From: a virus
IMG/VR virus record: IMGVR_UViG_3300009149_000012
Coordinates: 64,001-128,000 of that record
Reading direction: 5' to 3' (one strand)
Length of the DNA: 64,000 nt
Shown here piece after piece: positions 1 through 11,300 of the stretch; the first letter of the stretch is position 1; the number at the start of each line of letters is the position of its first letter. The notes under the pieces are model-generated. The model did no database searches. It had not been told where the DNA came from and saw only the letters and a program-made list of their open reading frames with translations. The position numbers and the translations under genes were made by a program.

Positions 1-39
1 ACGGGTTTCTACACCGGGGCGGTTGAATGTGCCAATACC

Positions 40-1017
40 TCACTTCACAGGGCGACCCACCGTACGGGGGTGGTCAATACCCAGCTTGATAAGCCTCCGG
101 TTCACCGTAGTAGCCGACTCCCCAAGCTGTTCAGCGATCTTTCGAATGGGCACTCCTTCGGCAGCCAACGTCCGCAACGTCTTCACATTGAGCTTTCGAC
201 GAAGCTGATAATTGTGCCCTTGGAACCCAAACTGAAGCTTGTAGCGCATGCATTCAGGAATGTGGGGTTTGATGAAGGCGATGAACCTTTCGGCTTGCTC
301 CTCCCCCTCGAAGATGAACTCCCCAGTCTTGCCATGACGAAGGTCCCAACGAGGGGTGAACCCAAACGTCTCGAAGATACCCCACGCGATACCCCGGCTT
401 GCCAGATCCATCCCAAACGTAATGATCGGCCACCACTGGGCACACCCGTCATCGAGATACCAAACGGCAAAGGCGAAAGGGTCCACCAGGTCCACCACAT
501 TCTCTTGAAGCCGCTTCGGCCCCGGCACTGGGTAGAACAGGTCATGCCAAGGAAGCAGCATGGCATGACTGACCGTCTCGAACCGCCAACCTGGATAGGT
601 CTTGTCCTCATGCTTCCAAGAGACGGGGCTCAACTTGTTCTTTGACCACGAACCCCACTGCTGTCGCTTCCACTCCAAGTAGTCCCTCTGGTTCTCGGCA
701 TGGTTCTCAAGGTATCGAGCCGTGTGGGGGTTTCGGGCAATGCGACCGTCTCCCAACATTGAACCCACTAAAAGGCTCTGGAGAAGGCCCTCCACGGGCG
801 GCACGTCGTGTCTGGTAGATCTGTTGATGGTCGGGATGCCAAACCGCCTACGCCAGGACCTGACCCGCTTCACGGTCGCCTCCCCTCCGATGCGACCCAC
901 AATCTGTTGGTCGGTAAGCTTTTCATCCAGGTACAGGTGTCGAAGCTCAACGGGTGGGATGGGGCAGGATATGGCTTTCATGCTATCAGAGGTAGCATGT
1001 TGGAGCATTACGGTCAA
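40..1017 (-). CDS. Free-standing LAGLIDADG homing endonuclease with N- and C-terminal HTH-like segments
   Basis: Two motifs, LLVGSMLGDG and FAVWYLDDG; C-terminal GVPIRKIAEQLGESATTVNRRL HTH; real start probably ATG at 981. Confidence 0.85.
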   Translation of the reverse strand: MTVMLQHATSDSMKAISCPIPPVELRHLYLDEKLTDQQIVGRIGGEATVKRVRSWRRRFGIPTINRSTRHDVPPVEGLLQSLLVGSMLGDGRIARNPHTARYLENHAENQRDYLEWKRQQWGSWSKNKLSPVSWKHEDKTYPGWRFETVSHAMLLPWHDLFYPVPGPKRLQENVVDLVDPFAFAVWYLDDGCAQWWPIITFGMDLASRGIAWGIFETFGFTPRWDLRHGKTGEFIFEGEEQAERFIAFIKPHIPECMRYKLQFGFQGHNYQLRRKLNVKTLRTLAAEGVPIRKIAEQLGESATTVNRRLIKLGIDHPRTVGRPVK

Positions 1018-1050
1018 AGGAAAGGCCGCTCAGGTTTCCCTGGCGGCCCT
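1016..1050 (-). terminator. Rho-independent terminator after the major capsid gene
   Basis: Minus strand GGCCGC-CAGG-GAAA-CCTG-A-GCGGCC hairpin followed by TTTTCCTTT. Confidence 0.75.
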
Positions 1051-1073
1051 AAAAGGCTAGTTTTTGAGGGGAA

Positions 1074-1955
1074 TCAGACGCGCTGGACGACCATGCGGGT
1101 GAGGCCACGGGGGTTGAAGGCCCCGATGCCTACATTTTCGAAGCACGAGAAGCCGATCGTACGGGCCTTGGGATCGTCGGCCGAGAGAACGGTCAACTCG
1201 ATACGGACCGGGAAGCGACCGAAGTTCTCGGGCTCTGCGCAGATGTACACGAAGCCGGTCGGAACCAGGCGCGACGTGATGATCTGGGCTCCCCACAGAG
1301 TGGCCTGGAGGCCGGTGCGGAGAAGCTGAGCCTGGCTTTCGATGTCCAGGATGTCCCGACCGAACTTGCGGATGTCCGCATAGTCCGTGGCGTTCATGTA
1401 GATACGGGCAACACGAAGGTCGTGACGCTCGATCTCGGCGAACGCATCGGCGAGGACTGCGGGGCTGATCGGAGCCACGACGGCGACGTCGGGGTTCGTC
1501 TGGCCGGGCAGGCTGTCGAAGCCGGAAACGGCGATCGAGTCGAGGACTGCGAACACGCGCTCGTCTTCTGCGGCCTGAATTTGCGCCTTGGCGAGATCCT
1601 GGGAGCGCTCGATCAGGTCGAAGCGACGCTCTTTGATCTGCGTCAGAGGAATCTCGGGGTTCGAGGCGATCTCGAACAGCGGGAAGATGACCCGACGAGG
1701 CTTCTGGATGGCGAGGATATTTTCCCCTTCTTCGCCAACCACAAAGGCCGTAACCTCTGGATCTTTGTCGTAAATCGGGAGAGCGCCGTCAGGCAACTGC
1801 TCCACCAGGAAGGTCTTGCGACCCACGGCGGTGTAGTCTCGACGAAGCCGCAGAGGCTGGATCATCGAAGCTGCGAGCTTGGCACGGCCAGCGGCAGTCT
1901 TGATGTATTCCGAGATGACCTGTTGCTTGATCTCGTTGGTGATTTGGGTAGGCAT
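1074..1955 (-). CDS. Major capsid protein (HK97-fold, ~290-aa phage G/encapsulin-like type)
   Basis: GRAKLAASMIQPLR...DYTAVGRKTFLVEQLPDGALPIYDKD signature; last gene of the protease-scaffold-decoration run; strong RBS and terminator. Confidence 0.88.
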   Translation of the reverse strand: MPTQITNEIKQQVISEYIKTAAGRAKLAASMIQPLRLRRDYTAVGRKTFLVEQLPDGALPIYDKDPEVTAFVVGEEGENILAIQKPRRVIFPLFEIASNPEIPLTQIKERRFDLIERSQDLAKAQIQAAEDERVFAVLDSIAVSGFDSLPGQTNPDVAVVAPISPAVLADAFAEIERHDLRVARIYMNATDYADIRKFGRDILDIESQAQLLRTGLQATLWGAQIITSRLVPTGFVYICAEPENFGRFPVRIELTVLSADDPKARTIGFSCFENVGIGAFNPRGLTRMVVQRV

Positions 1956-1981
1956 AGTATTGATTCCTTTCCTTCCCTTCC

Positions 1982-2611
1982 TCAGACCCTGAGATCGAGG
2001 ACCAACAGGTGATTGTTTGCGTCAGGCGCTACCTTGAGGACGCCGATGCGTGTCACGAACTCGATCGAGTTCTGACCAACAACGTTGTACTCGTAAGCGT
2101 CTGCCAGGCGATTGGTCAACAGTCCGTTGACGGATGCGTAGATGTTGTCACCGGCCGCATAGGTCAGATTGGCGACGCCGCCGATCTGCTGTTGCGTCTC
2201 GTAGACATCCACGCCGACGGTCGAGCCGGAACCGCATGCGTACGGGCCCTTGCCCGATGCGACGCCGGGGGTGTTCTCGAACGGGTTCCCAAGGGAATCG
2301 TTCAGGAGCACACCGAGGGGCTTGATCCCTGCGTTGTACACGCCAGCCGGGGCAACGGGGCCACCAACATAGCCATTCCCAACGTCGGGACGGGTAAAGG
2401 CGACGGTTCCGCCGAGAACACCAACTTTGGTGATCCCAGAGAGCGTCGTCGAGATGTTGGCTGCCGCAGTGACGACCGGGGGATTTGCTTGCGTGAACGA
2501 GTCTGCCGACAACGTACCCAGGCTGTTCCTGGTAACGATGTAGAACAGATGCACGTGACCGCTCATCTCCAGGAAATCACCCGAGCCGATTCCACCGAGT
2601 GGCATAGGCAT
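1982..2611 (-). CDS. Probable capsid decoration/cement protein
   Basis: Gly-rich beta protein immediately upstream of MCP; NPFENTPGVASGK motif; AAGGAG RBS. Confidence 0.6.
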   Translation of the reverse strand: MPMPLGGIGSGDFLEMSGHVHLFYIVTRNSLGTLSADSFTQANPPVVTAAANISTTLSGITKVGVLGGTVAFTRPDVGNGYVGGPVAPAGVYNAGIKPLGVLLNDSLGNPFENTPGVASGKGPYACGSGSTVGVDVYETQQQIGGVANLTYAAGDNIYASVNGLLTNRLADAYEYNVVGQNSIEFVTRIGVLKVAPDANNHLLVLDLRV

Positions 2612-2696
2612 GTTGTAACTCTCCTTGTTACGTATGCTGGGGTGACAAATCGATGTACATCTGATCTATGCATCCCTTACGGGATGAATTCGGGGT

Positions 2697-4010
2697 TCAG
2701 GAACCGTGATGGGTTCCGGGGACGCCGAACACTGTGCTCACATCCGGTGCGCTTTCCCACATTCCGGAAAGGTTGTCGCCGGCCGGTTCAGGGCTCGCGC
2801 CCCCACCGATGCGGCTGACTCCACCGTTGGGACGGGTCCCAACGGTCTTGGTCGAAGCGGTACGAGTCTGGGGCACGGAGGCGGTGACAGGAGCGGGATC
2901 ACCCATTCCTGCGATCTGCGCTTGTGCTTCCGAATCGTTGGTCGCGAAAAGCTGCCGCAAAACGGCGTCTTCCGGGCCAAGCTGGACTTCGTCATCGAGG
3001 TCCATCGCAGGGGAGTCCATCTCGATACCCATCTCGCCGGGGGGCGGGGCGTCGAATTGAACGTCTTCCATCTGAGCTTCCGGTCCCATGTTGTCGCAGG
3101 CCGGGGCGGCGAATGCTTGCTGGATCATCTGCTGAACTTGCTCTGCGGTGAGGCCAGATTGGACCTGGTCTTGCTGAGCTTGCTGAACCTGGTCTTGCTG
3201 AGCTTGCTGGACCTGCTGTTGCTGCTGGACCTGCTGGGCAACCGCTTGCTGGATCATTTCCTGAACCTGCTCTGCGGTGACGGTGGCAGTCTTGGTCGCT
3301 TGCTTGCCATCGGCGTCGTCGTCCTGAGCGTCCTGGTCCTGGTTGCCCTGGTCCTGGTCGCCTTGGTCCTGGTCGCCTTGGTCGTCTTCGGACTTCTTGG
3401 CTTCAACGGCAGAAGCTTCCTTCTTGTCGTCGTCCTTCTTGTCGTCGTCCTTCTTGTCGTCCTTGTCGTCTTCCTTGCCCTTTTGGTGCTCAAGGAATTC
3501 CGGGGGCACTTGGCCCTTGGCGAGACGGGTGTAGGTCTCGAACAGGTCGAGGTCCGGGATGTGCATCAGGGACAGAGCTTGCTCTTCCAAGTTGGCATCC
3601 GTCACGGTGGAACCCAGCATGAGGCGAGCGACCTGAATCGTCAGATTCGCCTTTTTGACTGCGAGCGCATGCTCTTGGGCAGTCTTTTCCGGGTGGTTGA
3701 AAGTCTCTGGGCGCATCTCAGGCATCCCGATCTCGTTTCGTTTCGTTTCACCACCGGCATACTCCGTTTCCCAACGGTTGTCCGGGGTGACATCCTCAGC
3801 CCACGATGATGGGTCACCATTCACGTACTTGTCGGCGGCAGGCTGCTGATTCACGTGATCCTGATTCATCAGGTACGGATCAGCGGTCTTGTCGGCCGAT
3901 GCTGTCGTGTCGTCTGCCGCCGTGGTGGGGGCCGCATCCTGAGACGCCCCACCTTGGGCCGCAATCCTGGCCTGAATTTCGTCACGGTTCCAAGTGGTTC
4001 GCTCGCGCAT
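2697..4010 (-). CDS. Probable head scaffolding protein (acidic, low complexity)
   Basis: Lies between protease and decoration/MCP genes; D/K, DQG and Q-rich repeats; several KTA/RTA motifs. Confidence 0.6.
   Translation of the reverse strand: MRERTTWNRDEIQARIAAQGGASQDAAPTTAADDTTASADKTADPYLMNQDHVNQQPAADKYVNGDPSSWAEDVTPDNRWETEYAGGETKRNEIGMPEMRPETFNHPEKTAQEHALAVKKANLTIQVARLMLGSTVTDANLEEQALSLMHIPDLDLFETYTRLAKGQVPPEFLEHQKGKEDDKDDKKDDDKKDDDKKEASAVEAKKSEDDQGDQDQGDQDQGNQDQDAQDDDADGKQATKTATVTAEQVQEMIQQAVAQQVQQQQQVQQAQQDQVQQAQQDQVQSGLTAEQVQQMIQQAFAAPACDNMGPEAQMEDVQFDAPPPGEMGIEMDSPAMDLDDEVQLGPEDAVLRQLFATNDSEAQAQIAGMGDPAPVTASVPQTRTASTKTVGTRPNGGVSRIGGGASPEPAGDNLSGMWESAPDVSTVFGVPGTHHGS
3160..3475. repeat. 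Coding tandem repeats (QQAQQDQV, DQGDQ, DDKKD) within the scaffold gene
   Basis: Direct repeats ctggtcttgctgagcttgctg, ggtcctggtcgccttg and ttcttgtcgtcgtcc. Confidence 0.8.
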
Positions 4011-4052
4011 GACCGAATACCTTTCTACCCCTCTGTGGGCATATAAGAGGAA

Positions 4053-6833
4053 TCACGATCCAAGGGCATACAAGCGACCCTTGAAAACGAGAATTTGGAC
4101 TTCCTCCGCTTTGAGTTCACGTCCGATTACCTGACTACAACGAGCCAAGTATTCCTTTTGATTCCCATGGGTTAGACCGCCCACAGCAACGATGGCTTTA
4201 TACAAGCGACCTTCACCGGCCAGCGACGCACGTTTGGTCATGGCGTCGACAGTCCGAGAAATCGCCAAAATGTCCCGACCCGTGAAATTGCCGGTCTTTG
4301 CGACCGCATTCCACCCACCGGACTTGTACAAGATCAGTCCAGCAAGGATCTTCCGGGACGCCTGGGCAGTGGGGGAAGCGCTCAACACGTAGTCAGCGAT
4401 CCCTTTCCACTGTTTTGACTTTTTGATTGCCGACTTGATCAGCGTGTCATTCTGGTTCTCACGAACGTCATGTACACGGTCGGCATCCTCTGAATTCATC
4501 TCTTCTCGGACTTCACGGACCGCCCGCTCACGAAGCGTATCCTTCAATTCCTTGACCACGGAATCCATCGGAGATTCAGGTTTGGCTTCCTGAGTTTCCG
4601 GATCGGCAGCGTCGTCAAAGTCAAAAGAATTGACCGGTGAGAATGTCCTCGGAATGACCACCGACGCTTGCTCGCCTGCAAGCTGATTCAACAGGTAGTC
4701 AATGTGATGTTGTCCCACCATCGAAGCGGCCTTACGCAGTGCGTTCGGGTCGATGCTTCGGTTGGTGTTGAACGCGATCTGAACCTTGTCTCCCACATTG
4801 GGGACCTGGGCTGGGGACAGAACGTTCCTGAGAACGGCACCGAGGAACGCCGGGTTCGCAACCCAGGACGCCTCAATGAACTTCACGCTCTTGGGGTCGC
4901 TCTTGTGCCCACAAAGCTCGGCGATCTTGCGCTGGATACCATTGGCATCCACGAAGGGCATCCCCTTGAAGTATCGGATATGCGGGCAGAGGGCCGATTC
5001 GTCGGCCGCAACGTTGCCGCACTTCGTACACTGCGTGTACTCCACAGTGCAGTTGGATACAGCCAATCCGTGAACCGTGTACGAATGGTCTTCCTCAACC
5101 TCTAGGTCATGAACCCACCCTTCATACTCGAACGGCTCGATCCCCTTAATCGGGAAGATCACCATGTCGTCGAGATTTCGAAGATTCTGGTTCTTGCGAC
5201 GTGTTCCTAGTACGGGGGCCTTGTCACAAACTGTTGTGAGACAGTCTGACGAGGACTGCGGAAAACACAAATTGAAGTGAGCCAGCTTGCCAGTCACTTC
5301 ATGACGACGAACTTCACCTCCAACCACAGCCTCCGAAATGGTTGCGGTCTTACCTCCAAACCGACATTCCATTCTAACGGGAATACCACACCGGATGGCA
5401 AGCATCTGAAGCTGACACACCAGGTCATAGGATGTCGTCGTACCCGTTGCATGCCCGGCTTGATGCTGGTTGCCATCCCCATTGATCCAGGCACCAAGAA
5501 TGTGACGCTGCACCTCAACGGGCCACCACATAGCCTCTGGGCTCAAGCGCTTGCGATGGGAATACTCCCCTCCATGCTGCAAAAACCATTGAACCATGTC
5601 ATGGCCCGTGGCATGAACTGTGGCCGTCGAACGTTCTGGTCGGTCCTGAATCCACGCTGGATTGGCTTCTGGAAATTCAGCAGCAAGAAGGTCTACCACT
5701 TCTTGAACGAACGTGTCGCGTTCGTCAGAGGAGAAGTTGAACTGTACCTCTGTGGGCTTGCCCTTATGCTTGAGGAAAGAGCCTTCTGCTAAGAAGTACC
5801 CCAAGAGACGGGCTCGCCCTTCAGACTCCCGTTCAATAGGGGCTTCGACGAGCTTGGGGAGACAGACATAGTCCCCAACCTGAAGCTCATCCGCACGCAC
5901 CTTCTCAACTTGAAGAGCCTTCAAGTCTTCCATCTTCTGTCGGCGGCGACGTGCTTCCCCCAATGAGTAGGTTCCATTCGGATTGAAGATTCGCTTGTCA
6001 TGACCAACTTTGAACCGTTTGGTCATGCGTCGAACAGAATCACGATCTGTCGAAGATAGTTTTTCCCCGCAACCACAGCCACAAGTCTTGGCCGCACGCA
6101 AAACATAGAATTCGTGAGTGTCCGTCACGCCGATAGAATCGGGCAACCCCACAACACTGATCCGGCGCATCCCCCAATGACCCTGTCGAATCTGCTTGTT
6201 GACAACCTCACGTGCTCGGCCCTTGTGCGTGAGAACCATCTCACCCGGCTGCACATCCTCAATGGGAATCCGCCGCCCATCTGACAAGGTAACAGGTGTT
6301 CCAGGCAGGAAACAACCCATCGAGAGGGTCTGAAGCTGGCCCGACGTGATCGCCTGAATGAGCGGGTGGAATCGCTTCTCAGTTGCAACCAGGATGTCGA
6401 CGTAGACAGACTCACCAATGTCCCTGGCGGCGGCATCGATGATCTTGCCCTTGGACAATTCAGGAATCTGAATGTGCTCGACATAGTTCTCGCCACCAAT
6501 GAAGGTGGGGAACGTCTGGAGCAACAGATCCCGCTCCCAGCAATCCTGGTTGTTGTTGATGTACTTCTCGGTCTCTGCCGAGATCAAGTAGTTCGAAAAC
6601 TTGCGGTTCACCTGGAACCCATCGACCATATGAATGCCGAGAGGCTCCGGGGACTCCTGCGTGTCCACCGACGCGATGATCGTGCAATGCGTCAACAAGT
6701 ATTGGTCAGGGTCATACCGAGGAAGCACGACATTGGATGCCGTTCGTGTCCCCCCCTTTGCCCTCTCCGTCCACTCACTGACTGAGGTGGAGGGGTTGAT
6801 CGTTTTTGCGTGAGCAAACCGTAGATGGGCCAT
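4053..6833 (-). CDS. Prohead (maturation) serine protease with intein and C-terminal extension
   Basis: YVEH...KGKIIDA...LSMG|C...CTKCG...CPH...FIEASWVANPAF motifs; position upstream of scaffold/MCP. Confidence 0.8.
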   Translation of the reverse strand: MAHLRFAHAKTINPSTSVSEWTERAKGGTRTASNVVLPRYDPDQYLLTHCTIIASVDTQESPEPLGIHMVDGFQVNRKFSNYLISAETEKYINNNQDCWERDLLLQTFPTFIGGENYVEHIQIPELSKGKIIDAAARDIGESVYVDILVATEKRFHPLIQAITSGQLQTLSMGCFLPGTPVTLSDGRRIPIEDVQPGEMVLTHKGRAREVVNKQIRQGHWGMRRISVVGLPDSIGVTDTHEFYVLRAAKTCGCGCGEKLSSTDRDSVRRMTKRFKVGHDKRIFNPNGTYSLGEARRRRQKMEDLKALQVEKVRADELQVGDYVCLPKLVEAPIERESEGRARLLGYFLAEGSFLKHKGKPTEVQFNFSSDERDTFVQEVVDLLAAEFPEANPAWIQDRPERSTATVHATGHDMVQWFLQHGGEYSHRKRLSPEAMWWPVEVQRHILGAWINGDGNQHQAGHATGTTTSYDLVCQLQMLAIRCGIPVRMECRFGGKTATISEAVVGGEVRRHEVTGKLAHFNLCFPQSSSDCLTTVCDKAPVLGTRRKNQNLRNLDDMVIFPIKGIEPFEYEGWVHDLEVEEDHSYTVHGLAVSNCTVEYTQCTKCGNVAADESALCPHIRYFKGMPFVDANGIQRKIAELCGHKSDPKSVKFIEASWVANPAFLGAVLRNVLSPAQVPNVGDKVQIAFNTNRSIDPNALRKAASMVGQHHIDYLLNQLAGEQASVVIPRTFSPVNSFDFDDAADPETQEAKPESPMDSVVKELKDTLRERAVREVREEMNSEDADRVHDVRENQNDTLIKSAIKKSKQWKGIADYVLSASPTAQASRKILAGLILYKSGGWNAVAKTGNFTGRDILAISRTVDAMTKRASLAGEGRLYKAIVAVGGLTHGNQKEYLARCSQVIGRELKAEEVQILVFKGRLYALGS
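5052..6314 (-). mobile_element. Intein (~421 aa) with LAGLIDADG endonuclease in the prohead protease
   Basis: Starts CFLPGTPV; block B VTDTHEF; ARLLGYFLAEG and ILGAWINGDG; ends VHDLEVEEDHSYTVHGLAVSN|C. Confidence 0.92.
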
Positions 6834-6837
6834 CCGA

Positions 6838-7632
6838 CTAGCTCCTGTATCGACGTGCGATCCGGAAGCTGAGTCGATCGAGGCGGGGCTTGTTCAGAGC
6901 CGCCTCGAACATCCGGTAGCCCAGCCAAGGATTCGTTTTGATTTGCTCGGAGGCTTGCTTGAGCTTCGCCAAAACGATCTGATCGAAGGGAACCTCTTCC
7001 ACGGCGCCACCGGCCGGAACGGATTCCAAGATCGTTTGCTCGATGTCCTGAATGAATCGGCGCATCTCTCGACGGGCCTTGTCGAACACCGGGGGGCTCA
7101 TCTTGAGACCACGAGACACCTGGTACAGGTTGTCCATGATCAATTCGAGGCTGATCCCAAGGATAGCAACGTCTTGGGGCTCCATCGCTTCCACCATCTT
7201 GAGGTGCTGCATGCTGTCGATGACCGCTGCGGCGCCCTCACGCATCCCTTTGAGCCCCAAGGTCACATGACTGTTTGGACTTGGGATCTTCGCCCGGGGG
7301 CCCTGAGCGAATTCCTTGTAGGCCGAGACAGCCGAAGTGACGGCGTTGAGGGAGACGATGTCCATCCCCAACCCCAACCTCGCCATGTCGTAGATGTAAC
7401 CTACGGATTCCTCGAATTGATTCAGAAACGCCATGAACGACGGCGCATCCTTTTGGCGCTTGAACACGCCATACGCCGCCGAAGTGTCGTAGGCGCTCTT
7501 TTTCAGAAGGATGGCAGCCCTCACGAGCCGCTCCGTCGATTTCAAGTCGAATTCAGGCAGCGCACTCGCCATCCGATACGCAGCGTTATGGTCGACAGAG
7601 GCGACTCGAAGGGCTTCCTGCAACATTACCAC
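6838..7632 (-). CDS. Hypothetical head-module protein
   Basis: Tightly packed ORF with RVA/KSA/RIA motifs. Confidence 0.6.
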   Translation of the reverse strand: MVMLQEALRVASVDHNAAYRMASALPEFDLKSTERLVRAAILLKKSAYDTSAAYGVFKRQKDAPSFMAFLNQFEESVGYIYDMARLGLGMDIVSLNAVTSAVSAYKEFAQGPRAKIPSPNSHVTLGLKGMREGAAAVIDSMQHLKMVEAMEPQDVAILGISLELIMDNLYQVSRGLKMSPPVFDKARREMRRFIQDIEQTILESVPAGGAVEEVPFDQIVLAKLKQASEQIKTNPWLGYRMFEAALNKPRLDRLSFRIARRYRS

Positions 7633-8357
7633 TCCACGGCTTGCCCGTCAGGGCCCACAAAATTGGTCTGCTTGACCAGGTGCATGTCCTTGGGACACGC
7701 AAACAAACGAGCGCGTCGACCCTCATCCATCTTGTAGATGGTCTTGCGCATGGGGGTTCCACACTTGGGACAGTTGGGACGGCGAGACTTCAGTTCCGTT
7801 TTTGTGCAGCGGTACTGTCGTCCTTCCGAAACCCAATAAGCTGCGGTCTTAGCAGTTCGGGTGCTTTCCCGAACCGCTTGCTGGATCATGACGTCCACCG
7901 TGTTCGTAGCGAACAGATAAAACTTGGCAACCTCATCACGAAGCGCCTCATCTCCCCAGTTTTGACCCGCATAGCGGTGCCACATCTCATCGTACGCTGC
8001 GATCTCGGTCTGTTGCTTCGCCCACATCCCAGACAGTTCCTTGTAGAACTCAGGGGGAACCGCCTGCGTGTTCCACACAGAAGTGGACGCTTTGTGCGTT
8101 GCATCCCACCCGGGGTAGTACGAGAAGTCGGTTGCCGGGGGCAGATACAACGAGAACTGAGGATTGACCTTGACGAGATCTTCCGGCGACTCACGCGAAT
8201 TGCCGTAGGGCCACTGCACATCGACGAAGCCGATGCCCGGAAGAACTGCTGTTACACGGCCCACAAAAGGCGAAAGCGCGCAGTACGTTGGAGCGTACTT
8301 TTGCACGATGTCGCCGAGACCGAAGCTTTTCGCCAAGTCCCAGTAATCGATTGCCAC
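7626..8357 (-). CDS. Hypothetical virion-module protein with C-terminal Zn ribbon
   Basis: AAGGAGG RBS; KTAAYW motif then CPKC...CPKDMH. Confidence 0.65.
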   Translation of the reverse strand: MAIDYWDLAKSFGLGDIVQKYAPTYCALSPFVGRVTAVLPGIGFVDVQWPYGNSRESPEDLVKVNPQFSLYLPPATDFSYYPGWDATHKASTSVWNTQAVPPEFYKELSGMWAKQQTEIAAYDEMWHRYAGQNWGDEALRDEVAKFYLFATNTVDVMIQQAVRESTRTAKTAAYWVSEGRQYRCTKTELKSRRPNCPKCGTPMRKTIYKMDEGRRARLFACPKDMHLVKQTNFVGPDGQAVEW

Positions 8358-8376
8358 CGGGAACCTCCTTAGCCGA

Positions 8377-11300
8377 CTATTTGTGGCCGGGAGCGAGCGG
8401 ACGACCAGTCGTCGATTCGCCGTGGATCACACCAGAGGTGTCGTCGTCGGCGTATGCACGCATGTACGGCTCGTCGGCATCGGTCTGCTTGGGGTCGGAC
8501 GGGCCGTTGAACGTGTCCATGTACGGCTCGTCGCCTTCACGCTTGATCACTTCGGCTTGACGAAGCTCGAAGGATTCCTTGCCGTAGGTCGTGATCTCGA
8601 TATCGTCGAGGGAACGATCGAGGGCGTTGACGATGGCCTTGGCATCCTCGAAGGGGATACCCCACTCTTCCTGCTTTGCTTGGATCGTCTTCGCAACCCG
8701 ATCAATTCGGTTCAGGATGAGATCCGTGGCTTGCTTTGTCTCTGCGGAAACCTTGGGGGTCGACATGTCTTCACTCCGTATTGTGGCGGGCTGCCGTCCT
8801 ACATGCCCATCATCATCAAAAGATTGTTGCTGACTTGACTCTCGAATGGTCACCAAGGTCTCCCCTTCTGGGAAACCGGCAAGCTGAGCCAACAATGAAT
8901 TGTAAAGCGACGGGTGTACAGCACGGGCATACGCACCGCCATTTGTCGTGGCGATAGCGAAATCTAGAACGGCTCGAAGCTGAGCATCACGCACGGTGCC
9001 CTCTGTCGCCTTCATGGTGGGCTCTTTGAGCCACTCCTGAGACGCAGACAAGATTGTCTCTTGGTCAGCGAGCGTGAGATCATGCTGACTGACTTGACGC
9101 CAGTCAGGATATGGCTCGACGGCCTCGGGCTCGACGCCATGATACAGTGCGCGTTTCATCTCCAAACCCATGGAATAAGTAAAAGATGATTTTGAACGAG
9201 GCGGTTTTGGAGCCTCTGGCTTGGGTGGCGGTTCTTTGAGCTTGGGCTTCGGAGGCTTCTTTCCCCCTGTTTCCCGATAACCACCCTCTTGGGCCTTGAG
9301 CTTGTCCTGGTACTCTTTCTTGGTGACTTCATTTTCCTTGCGGACCTTCGCCACCTCGACTTCGTACTTTTTCAGCGCCTTCTCATACTGCTTTTTGGCC
9401 TTCTCGTACTGCTTCGTCTTTTTGGGTAAAACAGTGGACTCATGCTTGTCGAGCCGAGCCTTCACCTTTTCGTACTTTTCCGGAGTCAGGGTCTTGAGGC
9501 GGTCGAGCACCCGTTGTTGAAAAAGTCGCGCGACGTTACGTCCACGGGAATCCTCTGGATACTGATCGGCCCGCTCTTCCAACCACTCGCCCGCTCGAAC
9601 GAGCCCTGTGGAGATTGTCTCTGGGCTGTCGTGTTCCGAGACGCCCTGAGGCCCAAGGAACTTCTGCTTGGCCGATTGGTAGTCCCGGGCCTGAAGCGCC
9701 GCTGCCGCCAGCGACTGGGCAGCAGGGTCCCCTTCTAGGTGGTCGAGGATCCCATTGACGGCTTTGTTCGTCAGGGGGGTTTTGGTGGGGCCCTGTGAGA
9801 TCACCTCGGTGAACAGGCGGTCCCCTTCCTTCGCCGCCTCTTGCGCACGCTGTTCATCGCTCTGTCCCTGGTTCTTTTTCAGATGGAACGTAGCGATGGT
9901 GCGGGCGACATCGTCATTGCCAACATCCGAGAACCTCTGTGACACGAGCATCTGAGCAACCAAGCTCTTCATGGCGGTCTGCTGTTGATGCACGCGCCAA
10001 GCCTCAGCTTGCTCTTGCGGGGGGAGCTTCTCGTAAGGGACTTCTTTCCCACCCTTGAGGACTGTCTTCGGGGGGCTGATCTTGCCGGGATTCGTCTGGT
10101 ATTCCTCCCCAGCCTTTTCAAGGAATGTGTCCTGCTCCAAGTCCGACCACTCAGACGACTCTTTTTTCAACTGTTCGTACTGTTCAATGACCGCCTTGGC
10201 CTCTTCCGGATGCATGTCCTGGTCGAAGAACCCCCGCAGCATGTGCGCCGGGAGGTTGTCGGTGAGCATCTGGGTCGTCTTAGCCTGTTCTTGCTCTGAA
10301 GGGGGCTTGCGCTTGACTGGGGCCTTGAACATCCCGGTGGCGACAGACAGTAGATCCCCCATGCTGTGCAAGTCTTTGGGAAGCTTGCCCTTCAACTCCG
10401 GGATGAGCTTGGCTGGGTCCGCAAGCTCGATGTCCTTCTCCTCTAGAAGTCGCTTCGAAAGCTCGCTTTCAGGATCGGCAAGATCCTCCAAAACTTTCCG
10501 AACTTCAGGATCCTTTTTCCCTAGGTCCCGAAGCACCTTGGAGTGACCCGTCGAGCGGGACTGTTGTTCGAACTTCTTACGCCACTCGGTTTGCATCTCA
10601 GGCGAAAGCTCAGCGAACGGCACCTTTTCTTTCGACTCATTCACAAACAGAAGGCTGCCATCGGGATCCGTTGAAACGGTACGATCCGAATCGGCGAATT
10701 CAGCAAACTCTTTGCTCTCGACCGCTCCACCATCCACCCACGCCTTCGTCTGAACATGCTCTTTCTTGGCTTGTTCAGGCTTAGCCTTGGGCTTCGGTTC
10801 GGGCTGCGGTTCAGGCTGCGGTTCGGGCTTTGCCTCTTCCGGTGCCTTCTCGGGCTCGGGCTCTTTGGCAGGCGCTTCCTTCTCGGGTTCCGGTGCCTTT
10901 TCCTCAGGCTTCGGTTTGGGCTCGGTGGATTGCTCGGGTTCGGGCTCCTTAGAAGGAACATCAAACCGATCCACCTCTTCCTTTGGCGCTTCTGCCTCAG
11001 GCGTCTCTTGTTCGGGCTTCTCGGGCTTGGCCGGTTGTTCTTCCGGTTGCTCGGGCTCGGGCTTCTCGGCCTTCTCAGGCTTAGCCGGTTGCTCGGGCTT
11101 CGCCTCAGGGGTTGGCTCGGGTTTGGGCTCGGGCTTTGGTTCTAGGGTTGGCTTGGGCTCCGGGGTTGGCTCCGGAGCGGGCTTGGGCTTGGGCCGATTG
11201 AGAACCGCTTCCTGAAGATCACCTAGCGTCTCGACTCCGGGAGGAAACGCCGTGCCAGGATACACGTTCTCCAACTTGAGTTCCGGACGCGCCTTGGCTT

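Noticed and set aside
10770-11195. Dense ggctcggg/ttcggg repeats resembling an array
   Set aside because: They encode a P/E/K-rich linker; no repeat-spacer structure, so not CRISPR
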